A DNA stretch of 64,000 bases. It comes from Hypanus sabinus (Eukaryota). Positions within the stretch are counted from its first letter, which is position 1. The number at the start of each line of letters is the position of its first letter. Shown one piece after another: positions 26,772 through 40,300 of this stretch. The stretch covers positions 57,226,001 through 57,290,000 of the forward strand of contig NC_082706.1 in the NCBI RefSeq assembly GCF_030144855.1, written 5' to 3'. The notes beneath the pieces were generated by a model. The model searched no databases. It worked only from the letters and a program-made list of their open reading frames with translations, and was not told the origin of the DNA. The position numbers and the translations under genes were made by a program.

Positions 26772-28500
26772 ACAAGGCATTCTACAAGTATGTGAAGAGC
26801 AAGAGAATAAGACATGAGATAATAGGATCAATCAAGTGTGACAGCGGGAAAGTGTGTATGGAACCGGAGGAAATGGCAGAGGTACTTGATGAATACTTTG
26901 CTTCAGTATTCACTACGGAAAAGGATCTTGGTGATTGTAGGTTAGCAGATTAAAGTGCTTGAAAGAAAGAGGATGTGCTGGAGCTTTTGGAAAACATCAA
27001 GTTGGATAAGTCACTGGGACTGGACAAGATGTACCCCAGGCTACTGTGGGAAGTGAGGGAGGAGATTGCTGAGCCTCTGGCAATGATTAGTCAATGGGAT
27101 TCTGCAGGATTGGAGGGTTGCAGATATCATTCCCTTATTCAAGAAAGGGAGTAGAGATAGTCCAGGAAATTATAGACCAGTGAATCTTACTTCAGTGGTT
27201 GGTAAGTTGATGGAGAAGATCCTGAGAGGCAGAATTCATGAACATTTGGAGAGGCATAATATGATTATGAATAGTCAGCATGGCTTTGTCAAAGGCAGGT
27301 CGTGCCTTACGAGCCTGATTGAATTTTCTGAGGACGTGACTAAACACATTGATGAAGGAAGAGCCGTAGATGTGGTGTATATGGATTTCAGCAAGGCATT
27401 TGATAAGGTACCCCATGCAAGGCTAATTGAGAAAGTAAGGAGGCATAGCATGGGATCCAAGGGAACATTGCTTTGTGGATCCAGAACTGGCTTGCCCGCT
27501 GAAGGCAAAGAGTGGTTGTCGACGGGTCATAGTCTGCATGGAGGTCGGTCACCAGTGGAGTACCTCAGGGATCTGTTCTGGGACCCTTACTCTTCGTGAT
27601 TTTAATAAATGATTGGATGAGGAAGTGAAGGGATGGGTTAGTCAATTTGCTAATGTCAGAAAGGTTGGGGGTGTTGTAGATAGTGTGGAGGGCTGACAGA
27701 GGTGACAGTGGGACTCTGATAGGATGCAAAACTGGGTTGAAAAGTAACAGATGGAGTTCAACCCAGATAAGTGTGAGGTGGTTCATTTTGGTAGGTCAAA
27801 TATGATCGCAGAATATAGCATTAATGGTAAGACTTCAGCAATGGAGAATCAGAAGCATCTTGGGGTCCGAGTCCATAGGACACTCAAAGCAGTTGCATAG
27901 GTTGACTCTGTGGTTAAGCAGGCATACAGTGTATTGGCCTTCATTAAACGTGGAATTGAGTTTAGGAGCCGAGAGGTAATGTTGCAGCTACTGGGAACCC
28001 TGGTCAGACCCCACTTGGAGAACTGTGCTCAGTTCTGGTCACCTCACTACAGGAAGGATGTGGAAGCCATAGGAAGGGTGGAGAGGAGATTTACAAGGAT
28101 CCTGCCTGGATTGGGGAGCATGCCTTATGAGAATAGGTTGAGTGAACTCGGCCTTTTCTCCTTGGAGCGATGGAAGATGAGAGGTAACCGGATAGAGGAG
28201 TATAAAATGATGAGGGGCATTGATCGTGTGGATAGTCAGAGGCTTTTTCCCAGGGCTGAAATGGCTAGCATGAGAGGACACAGTTTTAAGGTGCTTGGAA
28301 GTAGGTACAGAGGAGAAGTCAGGAGTAAGTGTTTGTATACAGAAGGTGGTGAGTGCATGGAAATGGCTGCTGGCAACGGTGGTGGAGGCAGAAACAATAG
28401 GGTCTTTTAAGAGACTCCTGGATAGGTACATGGACCTTAAAAAACTGAGGGCTATGGGTAAACCTAGGTAATTTCTAAAGTACGTACATGTCCGGCACAG
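26772..28500 (+). mobile_element. CR1 LINE ORF2 RT and 3' end, 5'-truncated
   Basis: NLTSVVGKLMEKIL...QHGFVKGRSCLTSLIEF...[17 protein letters not shown]; LVRPHLENCAQFWSPHYRKDV. Confidence 0.93.
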
Positions 28501-28539
28501 CATTTGTGCTGGAGGTTTTCGATGTTTCTATGTGTCGAT

Positions 28540-30640
28540 GTTGGTAAATGAGATGAGGGACTTGGGAGTGCTTGTGGGGCAGGGAGATTATGCTGCCACT
28601 GTACAGGGTACTGGTGAGGCTGTGTCTGGAGTACTGCGTGCAGTTCTGGTCTCCTTAGTTGAGGAAGGATATACAAGCTTTGGAGGCAGTGCAGAGGTAG
28701 TTCACCAGATTGATTGCACAGATGAGGGGGTTAGACTATGAGGAGAGACTGAGTCACCTGGGTCTGTACTTGCCAGAATTCAGATGAAAGACGAGATCTT
28801 ATAGAAGCATTTAAAATTATAAAGGGATAGATAAGACAGAGGCAGGAAAGTTTTTTTCACTGGTAGATGAGACTAGAACTAGGGGACATAGCCTCAAGAT
28901 TCGGGAGAGTAAATTTAGGACAGAGATGATGAGGATTTGCTTTTCCCAAAGAGTGGAGACTCTGTGTAATTTTCTGCACAATGAAGCAGTGGAGGCTACC
29001 TCAGTAGATGCATTTAAGACAGCGTTGAATTGATTTTTGCATATATTTAAAGGTTATGGGTAGAAGGCAGGTAGGTGGAGATGAGTCCATGGTCAGATCA
29101 GCCATGATCTTATTGAATGGTAGATCAGGCTTGACGTGCCAGATGGGCTCAAGTTGTCCTACTCTCCTGCTCTTATGTGAGCCCATGGTATGACAGGAAA
29201 GTTACTGACACGGTTACAGAACTGGCTGATTGGTAGGAGGCAGCGAGTGGGAATGAAAGGTTGGCTGCCAGTGACGAGTGGTGTTGGGCAGGGACGGCTT
29301 CTTTTTCTGCTGTACAGCAATGGGTAGGTTCTGGGGACGGGTGGCTTTGTTGCTGCATTTCCAGATGTTACAAGGATCGGTGGAGGAGCAATGTTGAGGA
29401 AACAGATGGGTTGCAGAAGGACTTAGACAGATTAGGAGAATGGGCAAGAAAGTGACAAAAGAAATACAGTGTTGGAAGATGCATGGTCATGCACTTCGGA
29501 ATTAAAATTAAATGTGCAGGCTATTTTTTAGACAGGCAGAAAATCCAAAAATCTGAGATGCAAAGGGATTTGGGAGAGCTTGTGCAGAACACCTAACTTG
29601 CAGGTTAAGTCAATGGTGAGGAAGGCAAATGCCAAGTTGGCATTCATTTGAAGAGGTCTTGAATTCAAGAGCAAGTATGTGATGCTGAGGCTTTATCAGG
29701 CACTGGTGAAGCTTCAGTTTGAGTATTGTGAACAGTTCTTGTTTCCTCATCTCAGAAAAGATGTGTTGGCATTGGAGAGGGTTCAGAGGCGGTTCATAAG
29801 GATGATTCCAGGAATGAAAGTGTTATCATATGAAGAACGTTTCATGGCTTTGAGTCCGTGCTTGCTGGAATTTAGAAGAATGAGGGGGGATCTGATTGAA
29901 ACCTTTTGAATGTTGAAAGACCTAGACAGAGTAGATGCGGAAAGGATGTTTCCCATGATGGGGGAGTCTAGGACAAGAGGGCACAGCCTCAGGATAGAGG
30001 GGCATCCATTTAAAACAGACTTGAGCCAAAGGGTTGTGAATATGTGGAATTTGTTCCCACAGGCAGCTGTGGAAGCCAAGTTGTTGGGTGTATTTAAGGC
30101 AGAGATTGATAGGTTCTTATTGGAAACAGCATCAAAAGTTACAGGGAGCAGGCTGCAGAATGCGGTTGAGGAGGGGAACAAAGGATTGGCCATGATTAAA
30201 TGGAGGAGCAGACTCAATGGGCCAGATAATTCTGCTCCTGTGTCTTATGTTGCCAGGACCTGAGGACCTGAGTTGTAGTGAAAGGCTGAATAGGGTAGGA
30301 CTTGATTCCGTGGAATGTAAGAGGATGAGGGGAAATTTGCGGAAGTATAAATTATGAGGGTTATAGAGAGGTTAAATGGAGGGCTTTCTTCACTGACTGT
30401 GGGTGAGACTAGAAGTAGATATCGTATGTTAAAGGTGAAAGGTGAAACACCTAAGAGGAAGAGGGCATATTTCTTCAGTCCGAGGAATGAACTACCAGCA
30501 GAAGTAGTGGATGTGAACATTTAAGAGAAGTATGGATGTCCATGAATGGGACTGGTATGGAGGGTGATGGGCCAAGTGCAGGCCAATGGGAATAGGCAGA
30601 ATCATAGTTTAGCATGGACTTGGTGGGGCAAGGGCTTGTT
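28540..30640 (+). mobile_element. Stack of three further decayed CR1 3' fragments (~28540-29180, 29200-30245, 30265-30640)
   Basis: Repeated C-terminal ORF2 motifs (LRLYQALVK...EYCEQFLFPHLRKDVLALERVQRRF; RMRGDLIETF; GESRTRGHSLRI), each followed by a CR1-type 3' UTR. Confidence 0.85.
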
Positions 30641-31084
30641 TTTGTGCTGTGCTGGTGTCTATTTTGTTTCCCAAGGTTTACACTATTCACCACACTTTGC
30701 CTGTATCTTTATGCTTTGTGGCCTCCTGTTCAGAGGTTAATTTCCTTCTTTGGAGTCTTTTGAAAGATTTGCACCCATATCTTTGTTTCCATTACCTATC
30801 CCTGTGTACTCTTGCCTTTCTATCTTGTCAAACAGTAAAAATCCCATTTACATTGTTATCCAGTCAATGCTCTGTCGGTAATATCTTCAACAATAGCTTC
30901 CACTATTTTCCCTAATGCGTAGCCTCCCACTGTCTTTCTTCTTGTTTGAAAAAAAAACCTTTGCAACCTGTCCCAAAGTCAATGAACTGTGGAAAATTAA
31001 AACCAAAATGACAGCTTTCTGCTGTTAAACCCCAAGGATGAGATGCATCAGAACTGACAGACTTGTCAACCTTGAATTTTAAAA

Positions 31085-31281
31085 ACAAACACGAGGAAAT
31101 CTGCAGATGCTGGAAATTCAAGGTTCACACACAAAATGCTGGTGGAACGCAGCAGTCCAGGCAGTATCTATAGGGAGAAGCACTGTTGACGTTTCGGGCC
31201 AAGACCCTTTGACAGTGCTTCTCCCTATAGATGCTGCCTGGCCTGCTGTGTTCCACCAGCATTTTGTGTGTGAACCTTGAA
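31085..31281. mobile_element. Penelope-derived fold-back element (about 70-bp inverted arms)
   Basis: Left arm 31117-31188 (TTCAAGGTTCACACACAAAATGCTGGTGGAAC...AGAAGCACTGT) is nearly the reverse complement of 31211-31281. Confidence 0.75.
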
Positions 31282-31377
31282 TCTTCACAGAATTGTACGG
31301 TCCTATTGCCCTGGAGCTAGGGAGATTCCTGAGTTTCCCTCTCACATTTAGCCTGAGCACCTTCAACAGACAAAGCT

Positions 31378-31660
31378 GAGGCTACAAACACACTAGACCG
31401 GATATGTTTGAAAACACCGGTTTCGCGTAAAAACGATAGGCGTCCACACTATGCATTTTTGAAAATACCTCTATCCACACTGAAACGGAGATTTCGGTGA
31501 ATCTCCTCCTCCTGCGCATGCGCAGGACACATCAACTGAAAACAAGCGACATGTTTGGTGTCAAATCTCACCATAAAAGTGCGCGTTTGTGTAGTTACAG
31601 ACTAGAAAAACTTAAAACGACGGACAGCTGTTGGCACTCGCGCAGGTGTCACAAAACAAA
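31378..31660 (+). mobile_element. Probable Harbinger/PIF-like non-autonomous DNA transposon fragment
   Basis: Starts GGCTACAAACACACTAG and contains repeated GTCCACACT motifs, resembling the GGCTACGTCCACACT termini I recall for vertebrate Harbinger MITEs. No matching second end was seen. Confidence 0.5.
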
Positions 31661-32186
31661 TGTACTTACATGGAAAAGGCTGAACAGATTGTGGCAGGAA
31701 ATGACAGAGTTACACAAGGCTAAAGGCCCTGCAGTTGAACGTACATAGTGTTGGTTTATTATTGTCACATGTGAAAAGCTTGTATATTCAGAGAAAATCA
31801 TTACACAGTGCTCAGAGGGTGAACAAGACAAAAATATAACAATGCAGAATAAAGAGCAACCGTTACAGAGAAAGTGCAGTGCTAGTAAATAACCGTAACT
31901 GCAGGATCAAAACAAAGCGAACTGAGGTCAACAGTCCATCTTATCATTCCGGAGTCTGACAACAGCTGCAGACCGGTCGGTGTACGTGCTTTCAGGTTTA
32001 GGCAGTGTTTGAACTGTGACTGTGACATTGAGAAACTGCAGGAAGCTTGGAAACACCGGAGGCAGATATTCTCATTCATTATGATCTTCGTTGGCAAAGG
32101 AGAAGCAATTTAACAATCAGAATCAGGCTTATGTCACCGGCATGAGTCATGAAATTTGTTAACTTAGTAGCAGCATTACTATGAAA

Positions 32187-32455
32187 NNNNNNNNNNNNNN
32201 NNNNNNNNNNNNNNNNNNNNNNNNNNNNNNNNNNNNNNNNNNNNNNNNNNNNNNNNNNNNNNNNNNNNNNNNNNNNNNNNNNNNNNNNNNNNNNNNNNNN
32301 NNNNNNNNNNNNNNNNNNNNNNNNNNNNNNNNNNNNNNNNNNNNNNNNNNNNNNNNNNNNNNNNNNNNNNNNNNNNNNNNNNNNNNNNNNNNNNNNNNNN
32401 NNNNNNNNNNNNNNNNNNNNNNNNNNNNNNNNNNNNNNNNNNNNNNNNNNNNNNN
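32187..32455. other. Assembly gap (N run) within the V1-V2 intron
   Basis: Run of N; true size unknown. Confidence 1.
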
Positions 32456-33530
32456 TGTCCCTTTAGGAATTGGATGGCAGAGGGGAAGAAGCTGTTCCTG
32501 TATCACTGTGTGTGTGCCTTCAGGCTTCTGTACCTCCTTCCTGACAGTAACAATAAGAGGGCATGCCTCGGGTGATGGGTCCTTCATAATGGATGCCACC
32601 TTTCTGAGGCACCACTCCTTGAAGACATCTTGGATTACGGAGGCTAGTACCCAAGATGGAGCTGACTAATATTACAACTTCCTGTAGGTCCTCTCGGTCC
32701 TGTACAGTAGCACCCCACCCCACCCCACCCCCAACCAGTGATGAGGCCTGTCAGAATGCTTCCCATGGTATATCCAGAGAAATTGAGTGGTTTAGGTGAC
32801 AACCCAAATCTCTTCAACTCCTAATGAAATATAGCCACTGTCTTGCTTTCTTCATAGCTGCATCCATACATTGGGACCAGGTTAGATCCTCTGAGATCAT
32901 GAAACCCAGGAACCTGAAGTTGCTCTCTCTCTCTCTCCACTCTGATCCTTCCTGAGGATTGGTTCATGTTCCCTCCTCTTACCCTTCATAATCAGCTCTT
33001 TCATCTCACTGACATTGAGTGTGCAAGGTTGTTGCTATGACACCACTCAACTAGCTAACATACTTCACTCCTGTCTCCATCTGAGATTCCAGGAACAATG
33101 GTAGCATCATCAGCAAATTTATCAATGGCATTTGAACCACACTGTCATGAGTGTAGAGAGGGAAGAGCAGTGGGATAAACACACACCACTTGGGGTGGGC
33201 CAGTGAGGAGGAGGTATTATTAGAAATCCGCACAAATTGTGGCCGAGAATCCAATTGCAGAGAAAGGGAGAGAAGCCCAGGTTCTGTAGCTTATCGATCA
33301 GAACTGTGTGAATTGCGGCGTTAAACACTAAGCTATTGCCAACATAAAAGCATTGCGACAGAGGTGTATGCATTGTCCAGGAGAGCGAAGACCATGTGAA
33401 GAGACTCTGAGATCATTCCTGCCATAGACCTGCTGTGGTGATGGGTAAATTGCAGAGAGTCTCTGTCCTGGCTGAGGCAGAGCTGATTCCACCATAACCA
33501 AACTCTCAAAGCATTTCATCACCTACTGGA
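32456..33530 (-). mobile_element. Rex1/Babar-type LINE RT fragment, decayed
   Basis: MMKCFESLVM... followed by frameshifted remnants of the AFN...LIDKLQNLG...LCNWIL motif; the 3' part contains GATVQDREDLQEVV. Confidence 0.7.
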
Positions 33531-33729
33531 CAATAGTCATTAAGGCAGCTCGCACTGCTCTTCGTGGGCCTTTTTTGAAGAGGCTGGGAAGATCCAATTA
33601 TGTAATATAATATATAATATAATGTAATATAAACCAACAAACTTAATGTTGTTTTGTGTAAAACAAGCCAACCAATAAAACAATATAGAAAATCTATCAA
33701 TAAGTTTGAACTAATGCAGAGAAAATCGA

Positions 33730-34020
33730 CAGGACTTGTGGACCTCCTGAACTTTATTCCGTGGAATGCAGGAGAATAAGGGGAGATCATATGGACGTAC
33801 ACAATGTAATGAGGGATGTAGATCGGGTGCTTTCTGGTTGGGTGAGACTGCAACTAGAGGCCATAGCTTCAGGGTGAAATGTGAAATATTTAAGAGGAAT
33901 CTGAAGAAGAACATCTTCACTCAGAGGGTGGTGTGAGTGTGGAACGAGATGTTGATGGAAGTGGTGTATGGGGTCTGAATTGCAGCTTATAAGGGAGGAT
34001 TGGATAAGTTAATTGTTGAG
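33730..34020 (+). mobile_element. Short decayed CR1 3' fragment
   Basis: GAGACTGCAACTAGAGGCCATAGCTTCAGGGTG...TTCACTCAGAGGGTGGTGTGAGTGTGGAAC, the same motif as in the other CR1 3' ends. Confidence 0.7.
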
Positions 34021-34351
34021 AGAACAGACAGCTGTATTACAGAGCAGATTGGTGTGACGAGACACATGGTGAAGGAAATGGACAGTTTCTGTGGTTAGTG
34101 CCCAGTGACTGTATTAGCATGAACAGGTCATTTTGTCTAGATGGTAATGTGTGATGTGCTGGGACTTATCTTTTAATTCAACTTTAAAAATGATGATTGC
34201 AAGATGGGTTGCTAAGTTTGGTCATAGACAGGAAATTGAGCTGTGAAGTGCACAGAATATTGAAGGCTTTTGACTAGAAATGTTAAAAATTTCTTTCCTG
34301 CCACACAAGCTACTTGACCCTCTGCATTTCTTCACTAATTTGTTTGATGCT

Positions 34352-37300
34352 CCCATACCGGCACTAATGGACCCCACACTGGAAAGCTGCCTGTTCCCAT
34401 ACCGGTATTAATGGAGCCCACACTGGGAAGCTGTCTGTTCCCATACCGGTATTAATGGAGCCCACACTGGGAAGCTGCCTGTTCCCATACCGGTATTACT
34501 GGAACCCACACTGGGAAGCTGCCTATTCCCATGCCGGTATTAATGGAGCCACACTGGGAAGCTGCCTGTTCACATACCGGTATTAATAGAGCCCTCACTG
34601 GGAAGCTGCCTGTTCCCATACCGGTATTAATGGAGCCCACATTGGGAAGCTGCCTGTTCCCATGCCGGTATTAATGGAGCCCACACCGGGATGCTGCCTG
34701 TTCCCATACCGGTATTAATGGAGCCCACACTGGGAAGCTGCCTGTTCCCATACCGGTACTAATGGAGCCCACACTGGGAAGCTGCCTGTTCCCATACCGG
34801 CATTAATGGAGCCCACACCGGGAAGCTGCCTGTTCCCATACCGGTATTAATGGAGCCCACACTGGGAAGCTGCCTTTTCCCATACCGGCATTAACGGAGC
34901 CCACACTGGGAAGCAGCCTGTTCCCATACCGGTATTAATGGAGCCCACACAGGGAAGCTGCATGTTCCCATACCGGTATTAACGGAGCCCACACTGGGAA
35001 GCTGCCTGTTCCCATACCGGTATTAATGGATCCCACACTGGGAAGCTGCCTGTTCCCATACCGGTATTAATGGAGACACACTGGGAAGCTGCCTGTTCAC
35101 ATACCGGTATTAGCAGAGCCCTCATTGGGAAGCTGCCTGTTCCCATACCGGTATTAATGGAGCCCACACTGGGAAGCTGCCTGTTCCCATACCAGTATTA
35201 ATGGAGCCCACACTGGGAAACTGCCTGTTCCCATTCCGGTATTAATGGAGCCCACACTGGGAAGCTGTCTGTCCCGATACCGGTATTAATGGAGCCCACT
35301 CTGGGAAGCTGCCTGTTCCCATACCGGTATTAATGGAACCCCCAATGGGAAGCTGCCTGTTCCCATACCGGCATTAATGGAACCCCCAATGGGAAGCTGC
35401 CTGTTCCCATACCGGCATTAATGGAGACCACACTGGGAAGCTGCCTGTTCCCATACCGGCATTAATGGAGCCCACACTGGGAAGCTGCCTGTTCCCATAC
35501 CGGTATTAATGGAGCCACACTGGGAAGCTGCCTGATCCCATACCGGTATTAATAGAGCCCTCATTGGGAAGCTGCCTGTTCCCATACCGGTATTAATGGA
35601 GCCCACACTGGGAAGCTGCCTGTTCCCATACCGGCATTAATGGAGCCCACACTGGGAAGCTGCCTGTTCCCATACCGGCATTAATGAAGCCCACACTGGG
35701 AAGCTGCCTGTTCCCATACCGGTAGTAATGGTGCCCACACTGGGAAGCTGCCTGTTCCCATACCGGTATTAACGGAGCCCACACTGGAAAGCTGTCTGTT
35801 CCCATACCGGTATTAATAGAGACCACACTGGGAAGCTCTCTGTCCCCATACCGGTATTACTGGAACCCACACTGGGAAGCTGCCTATTCCCATACCGGTA
35901 TTAATGGAGCCCACACTGGGAAGCTGCCTGTTCCCATATTGGCATTAATGGAGACACACTGGGAAGCTGCCTGTTCACATACCGGTATTAGCAGAGCCCT
36001 CATTGGGAAGCTGCCTGTTCCCATACCGGTATTAATGGAGCCCACACTGGGAAGCTGCCTGTTCCCATACCGGTATTAATGGAGCCCACACTGGGAAGCT
36101 GTCTGTCCCCATACTGGTATTAATGGAGCCCACACTGGGAAGCTGCCTGTTCCCATACCGGTATTAATGGAGCCCACACTGGGAAGCTGCCTGTTCCCAT
36201 ACCGGTATTAATGGAGCCCACACTGGGAAACTGCCTGTTCCCATTCCGGTATTAATGGAGCCCACACTGGGAAGCTGTCTGTCCCCATACTGGTATTAAT
36301 GGAGCCCACTCTGGGAAGCTGCCTGTTCCCATACCGGTATTAATGGAACCCCCAATGGGAAGCTGCCTGTTCCCATACCGGCATTAATGGAACCCCCAAT
36401 GGGAAGCTGCCTGTTCCCATACCGGTATTAACGGAGCCCACACTGGAAAGCTGTCTGTTCCCATACCGGTATTAATAGAGCCCACACTGGGAAGCTGTCT
36501 GTCCCCATACCGGTATTACTGGAACCCACACTGGGAAGCTGCCAATTCCCATACCGGTATTAATGGAGCCACACTGGGAAGCTGCCTGTTCCCATACCGG
36601 TATTAATGGAGACACACTGGGAAGCTGCCTGTTCACATACCGGTATTAATGGAGCCCACACTGGGAAACTGCCTGTTCCCATTCCGGTATTAATGGAGCC
36701 CACACTGGGAAGCTGTCTGTCCCCATACCGGTATTAATGGAGCCCACTCTGGGAAGCTGTCTGTCCCCATACTGGTATTAATGGAGCCCACACTGGGAAA
36801 CTGCCTGTTCCCATTCCGGTATTAATGGAGCCCACACTGGGAAGCTGTCTGTCCCCATACCGGTATTAATGGAGCCCACTCTGGGAAGCTGCCTGTTCCC
36901 ATACCGGTATTAATGGAACCCCCAATGGGAAGCTGCCTGTTCCCATACCGGCATTAATGGAACCCCCAATGGGAAGCTGCCTGTTCCCATACCGGCATTA
37001 ATGGAGACCACACTGGGAAGCTGCCTGTTCCCATACCGGCATTAATGGAGCCCACACTGGGAAGCTGCCTGTTCCCATACCGGTATTCATGGAGCCACAC
37101 TGGGAAGCTGCCTGATCCCATACCGGTATTAATAGAGCCCTCATTGGGAAGCTGCCTGTTCCCATACCGGTATTAATGGAGCCCACACTGGGAAGCTGCC
37201 TGTTCCCATACCGGCATTAATGGAGCCCACACTGGGAAGCTGCCTGTTCCCATACAGGCATTAATGAAGCCCACACTGGGAAGCTGCCTGTTCCCATACC

Positions 37301-40300
37301 GGTAGTAATGGTGCCCACACTGGGAAGCTGCCTGTTCCCATACCGGTATTAACGGAGCCCACACTGGAAAGCTGTCTGTTCCCATACCGGTATTAATAGA
37401 GACCACACTGGGAAGCTCTCTGTCCCCATACCGGTATTACTGGAACCCACACTGGGAAGCTGCCTATTCCCATACCGGTATTAATGGAGCCCACACTGGG
37501 AAACTGCCTGTTCCCATTCCGGTATTAATGGAGCCCACACTGGGAAGCTGTCTGTCCCCATACTGGTATTAATGGAGCCCACTCTGGGAAGCTGCCTGTT
37601 CCCATACCGGTATTAATGGAACCCCCAATGGGAAGCTGCCTGTTCCCATACCGGCATTAATGGAACCCCCAATGGGAAGCTGCCTGTTCCCATACCGGTA
37701 TTAACGGAGCCCACACTGGAAAGCTGTCTGTTCCCATACCGGTATTAATAGAGCCCACACTGGGAAGCTGTCTGTCCCCATACCGGTATTACTGGAACCC
37801 ACACTGGGAAGCTGCCTATTCCCATACCGGTATTAATGGAGCCACACTGGGAAGCTGCCTGTTCCCATACCGGTATTAATAGAGCCCACACTGGGAAGCT
37901 GTCTGTCCCCATACCGGTATTAATGGAGCCACACTGGGAAGCTGCCTGTTCCCATACCGGTATTAATGGAGACACACTGGGAAGCTGCCTGTTCACATAC
38001 CGGTATTAATGGAGCCCACACTGGGAAACTGCCTGTTCCCATTCCGGTATTAATGGAGCCCACAGTGGGAAGCTGTCTGTCCCCATACCGGTATTAATGG
38101 AGCCCACTCTGGGAAGCTGCCTGCTCCCATACCGGTATTAATGGAACCCCCAATGGGAAGCTGCCTGTTCCCATACCGGCATTAATGGAACCCCCAATGG
38201 GAAGCTGCCTGTTCCCATACCGGCATTAATGGAGCCCACACTGGGAAGCTGTCTGTTCCCATACCAGTATTGATGGAGCCCACACTGGGAAGCTGCCTGT
38301 TCCCATACCGGTATTACTGGAACCCACACTGGGAAGCTGCCTATTCCCATACCGGTATTAATGGAGCCACACTGGGAAGCTGCCTGTTCCCATACCGGTA
38401 TTAATAGAGCCCTCATTGGGAAGCTGCCTGTTCCCATACCGGTATTAATGGAGCCCACACTGGGAAGCTGCCTGTTCCCATACCGGCATTAATGGAGCCC
38501 ACACTGGGAAGCTGCCTGTTCCCATACCGGCATTAATGAAGCCCACACTGGGAAGCTGCCTGTTCCCATACCGGTATTAATGGAGCCACACTGGGAAGCT
38601 GCCTGTTCCCATACCGGTATTAATGGAGCCACACTGGGAAGCTGCCTGTTCCCATACCGGTATTAATGGAGCCCACACTGGGAAGCTGCCTGTTCCCATA
38701 CCGGTATTAATGGAGCCCACACTGGGAAGCTGCCTGTTCCCATACCGGTATTAATGGAGTCCACACTGGGAAGCTGCCTGTTCCCATACCGGTATAAATG
38801 GAGCCCACACTGGGAAGCTGCCTGTTCCCATACCGGTATTAATGGAGCCCACACTGGGTAGCTGCCTGTTCCCATACCTGTATTAATGGAGTCCACACTG
38901 GGAAGATGCCTGTTCCCATACCGGTATAAATGGAGCCCACACTGGGAAGCTGACTGTTCCCATACCGGTATTAATGGAGCCCACACTGGGAAGCTGCCTG
39001 TTCGCATACCGGCATTAATGAAGCCCACACTGGGAAGCTGCCTGTTCCCATACCGGTATTAATGGAGCCCACACTGGGAAGCTGCCTGTTCCCATACCGG
39101 TATTAATGGTGCCCACACTGGGAAGCTGCCTGTTCCCATACCGGTATTAATGGAGCCCACACTGGGAAGCTGCCTGTTCCCATACCGGCATTAATGGAGC
39201 CCACACTGGGAAGCTGCCTGTTCCCATACCGGTATTAATGGAGCCCACACTGGGAAGCTGCCTGTTCCCACACCGGCATTAATGGAGCCCACACTGGGAA
39301 GCTGCCTGTTCCCATACCGGCATTAATGAAGCCCACACTGGGAAGCTGCCTGTTCCCATACCGGTAGTAATGGTGCCCACACTGGGAAGCTGCCTGTTCC
39401 CATACAGGTATTTACGGAGCCCACACTGGAAAGCTGCCTGTTCCCGTACCGGTATTAATGGAGCCCACTCTGGGAAGCTGCCTGTTCCCATACCGGTATT
39501 AATGGAGCCACACTGGGAGGCTGCCTGTTCACATACCGGTCTTAGTAGAGCCCTCATTGGGAAGCTGCCTGTTCCCATACCGGTATTAATGGAGCCCACA
39601 CTGGGAAGCTGCCTGTTCCCATACCGGCATTAATGGAGCCCACACTGGGAAGCTGCCTGTTCCCATACCGGTATTAATGGAGCCCACACTGGGAAGCTGC
39701 CTGTCCCCATACCGGTATTAATGGAGCCCACTCTGGGAAGCTGCCTGTTCCCATACCGGTATTAATGGAACCCCCAATGGGAAGCTGCCTGTTCCCATAC
39801 CGGCATTAATGGAACCCACACTGGGAAGCTGCCTGTTCCCATACCGGTAGTAATGGTGCCCACACTGGGAAGCTGCCTGTTCCCATACCGGTATTAACGG
39901 AGCCCACACTGGAAAGCTGTCTGTTCCCATACCGGTATTAATGGAGCCCACACTGGGAAGCTGCCTGTTCCCATACCGGTATTACTGGAACCCACACTGG
40001 GAAGCTGCCTATTCCCATACTGGTATTAATGGAGCCACACTGGGAAGCTGCCTGTTCCCATACCGGTATTAATGGAGCCACACTGGGAAGCTGCCTGTTC
40101 CCATACCGGTATTAATGGAGCCCACACTGGGAAGCTGCCTGTTCCCATACCGGTATTAATGGAGCCCACACTGGGAAGCTGCCTGTTCCCATACCGGTAT
40201 TAATGGAGTCCACACTGGGAAGCTGCCTGTTCCCATACCGGTATAAATGGAGCCCACACTGGGAAGCTGCCTGTTCCCATACCGGTATTAATGGAGCCCA

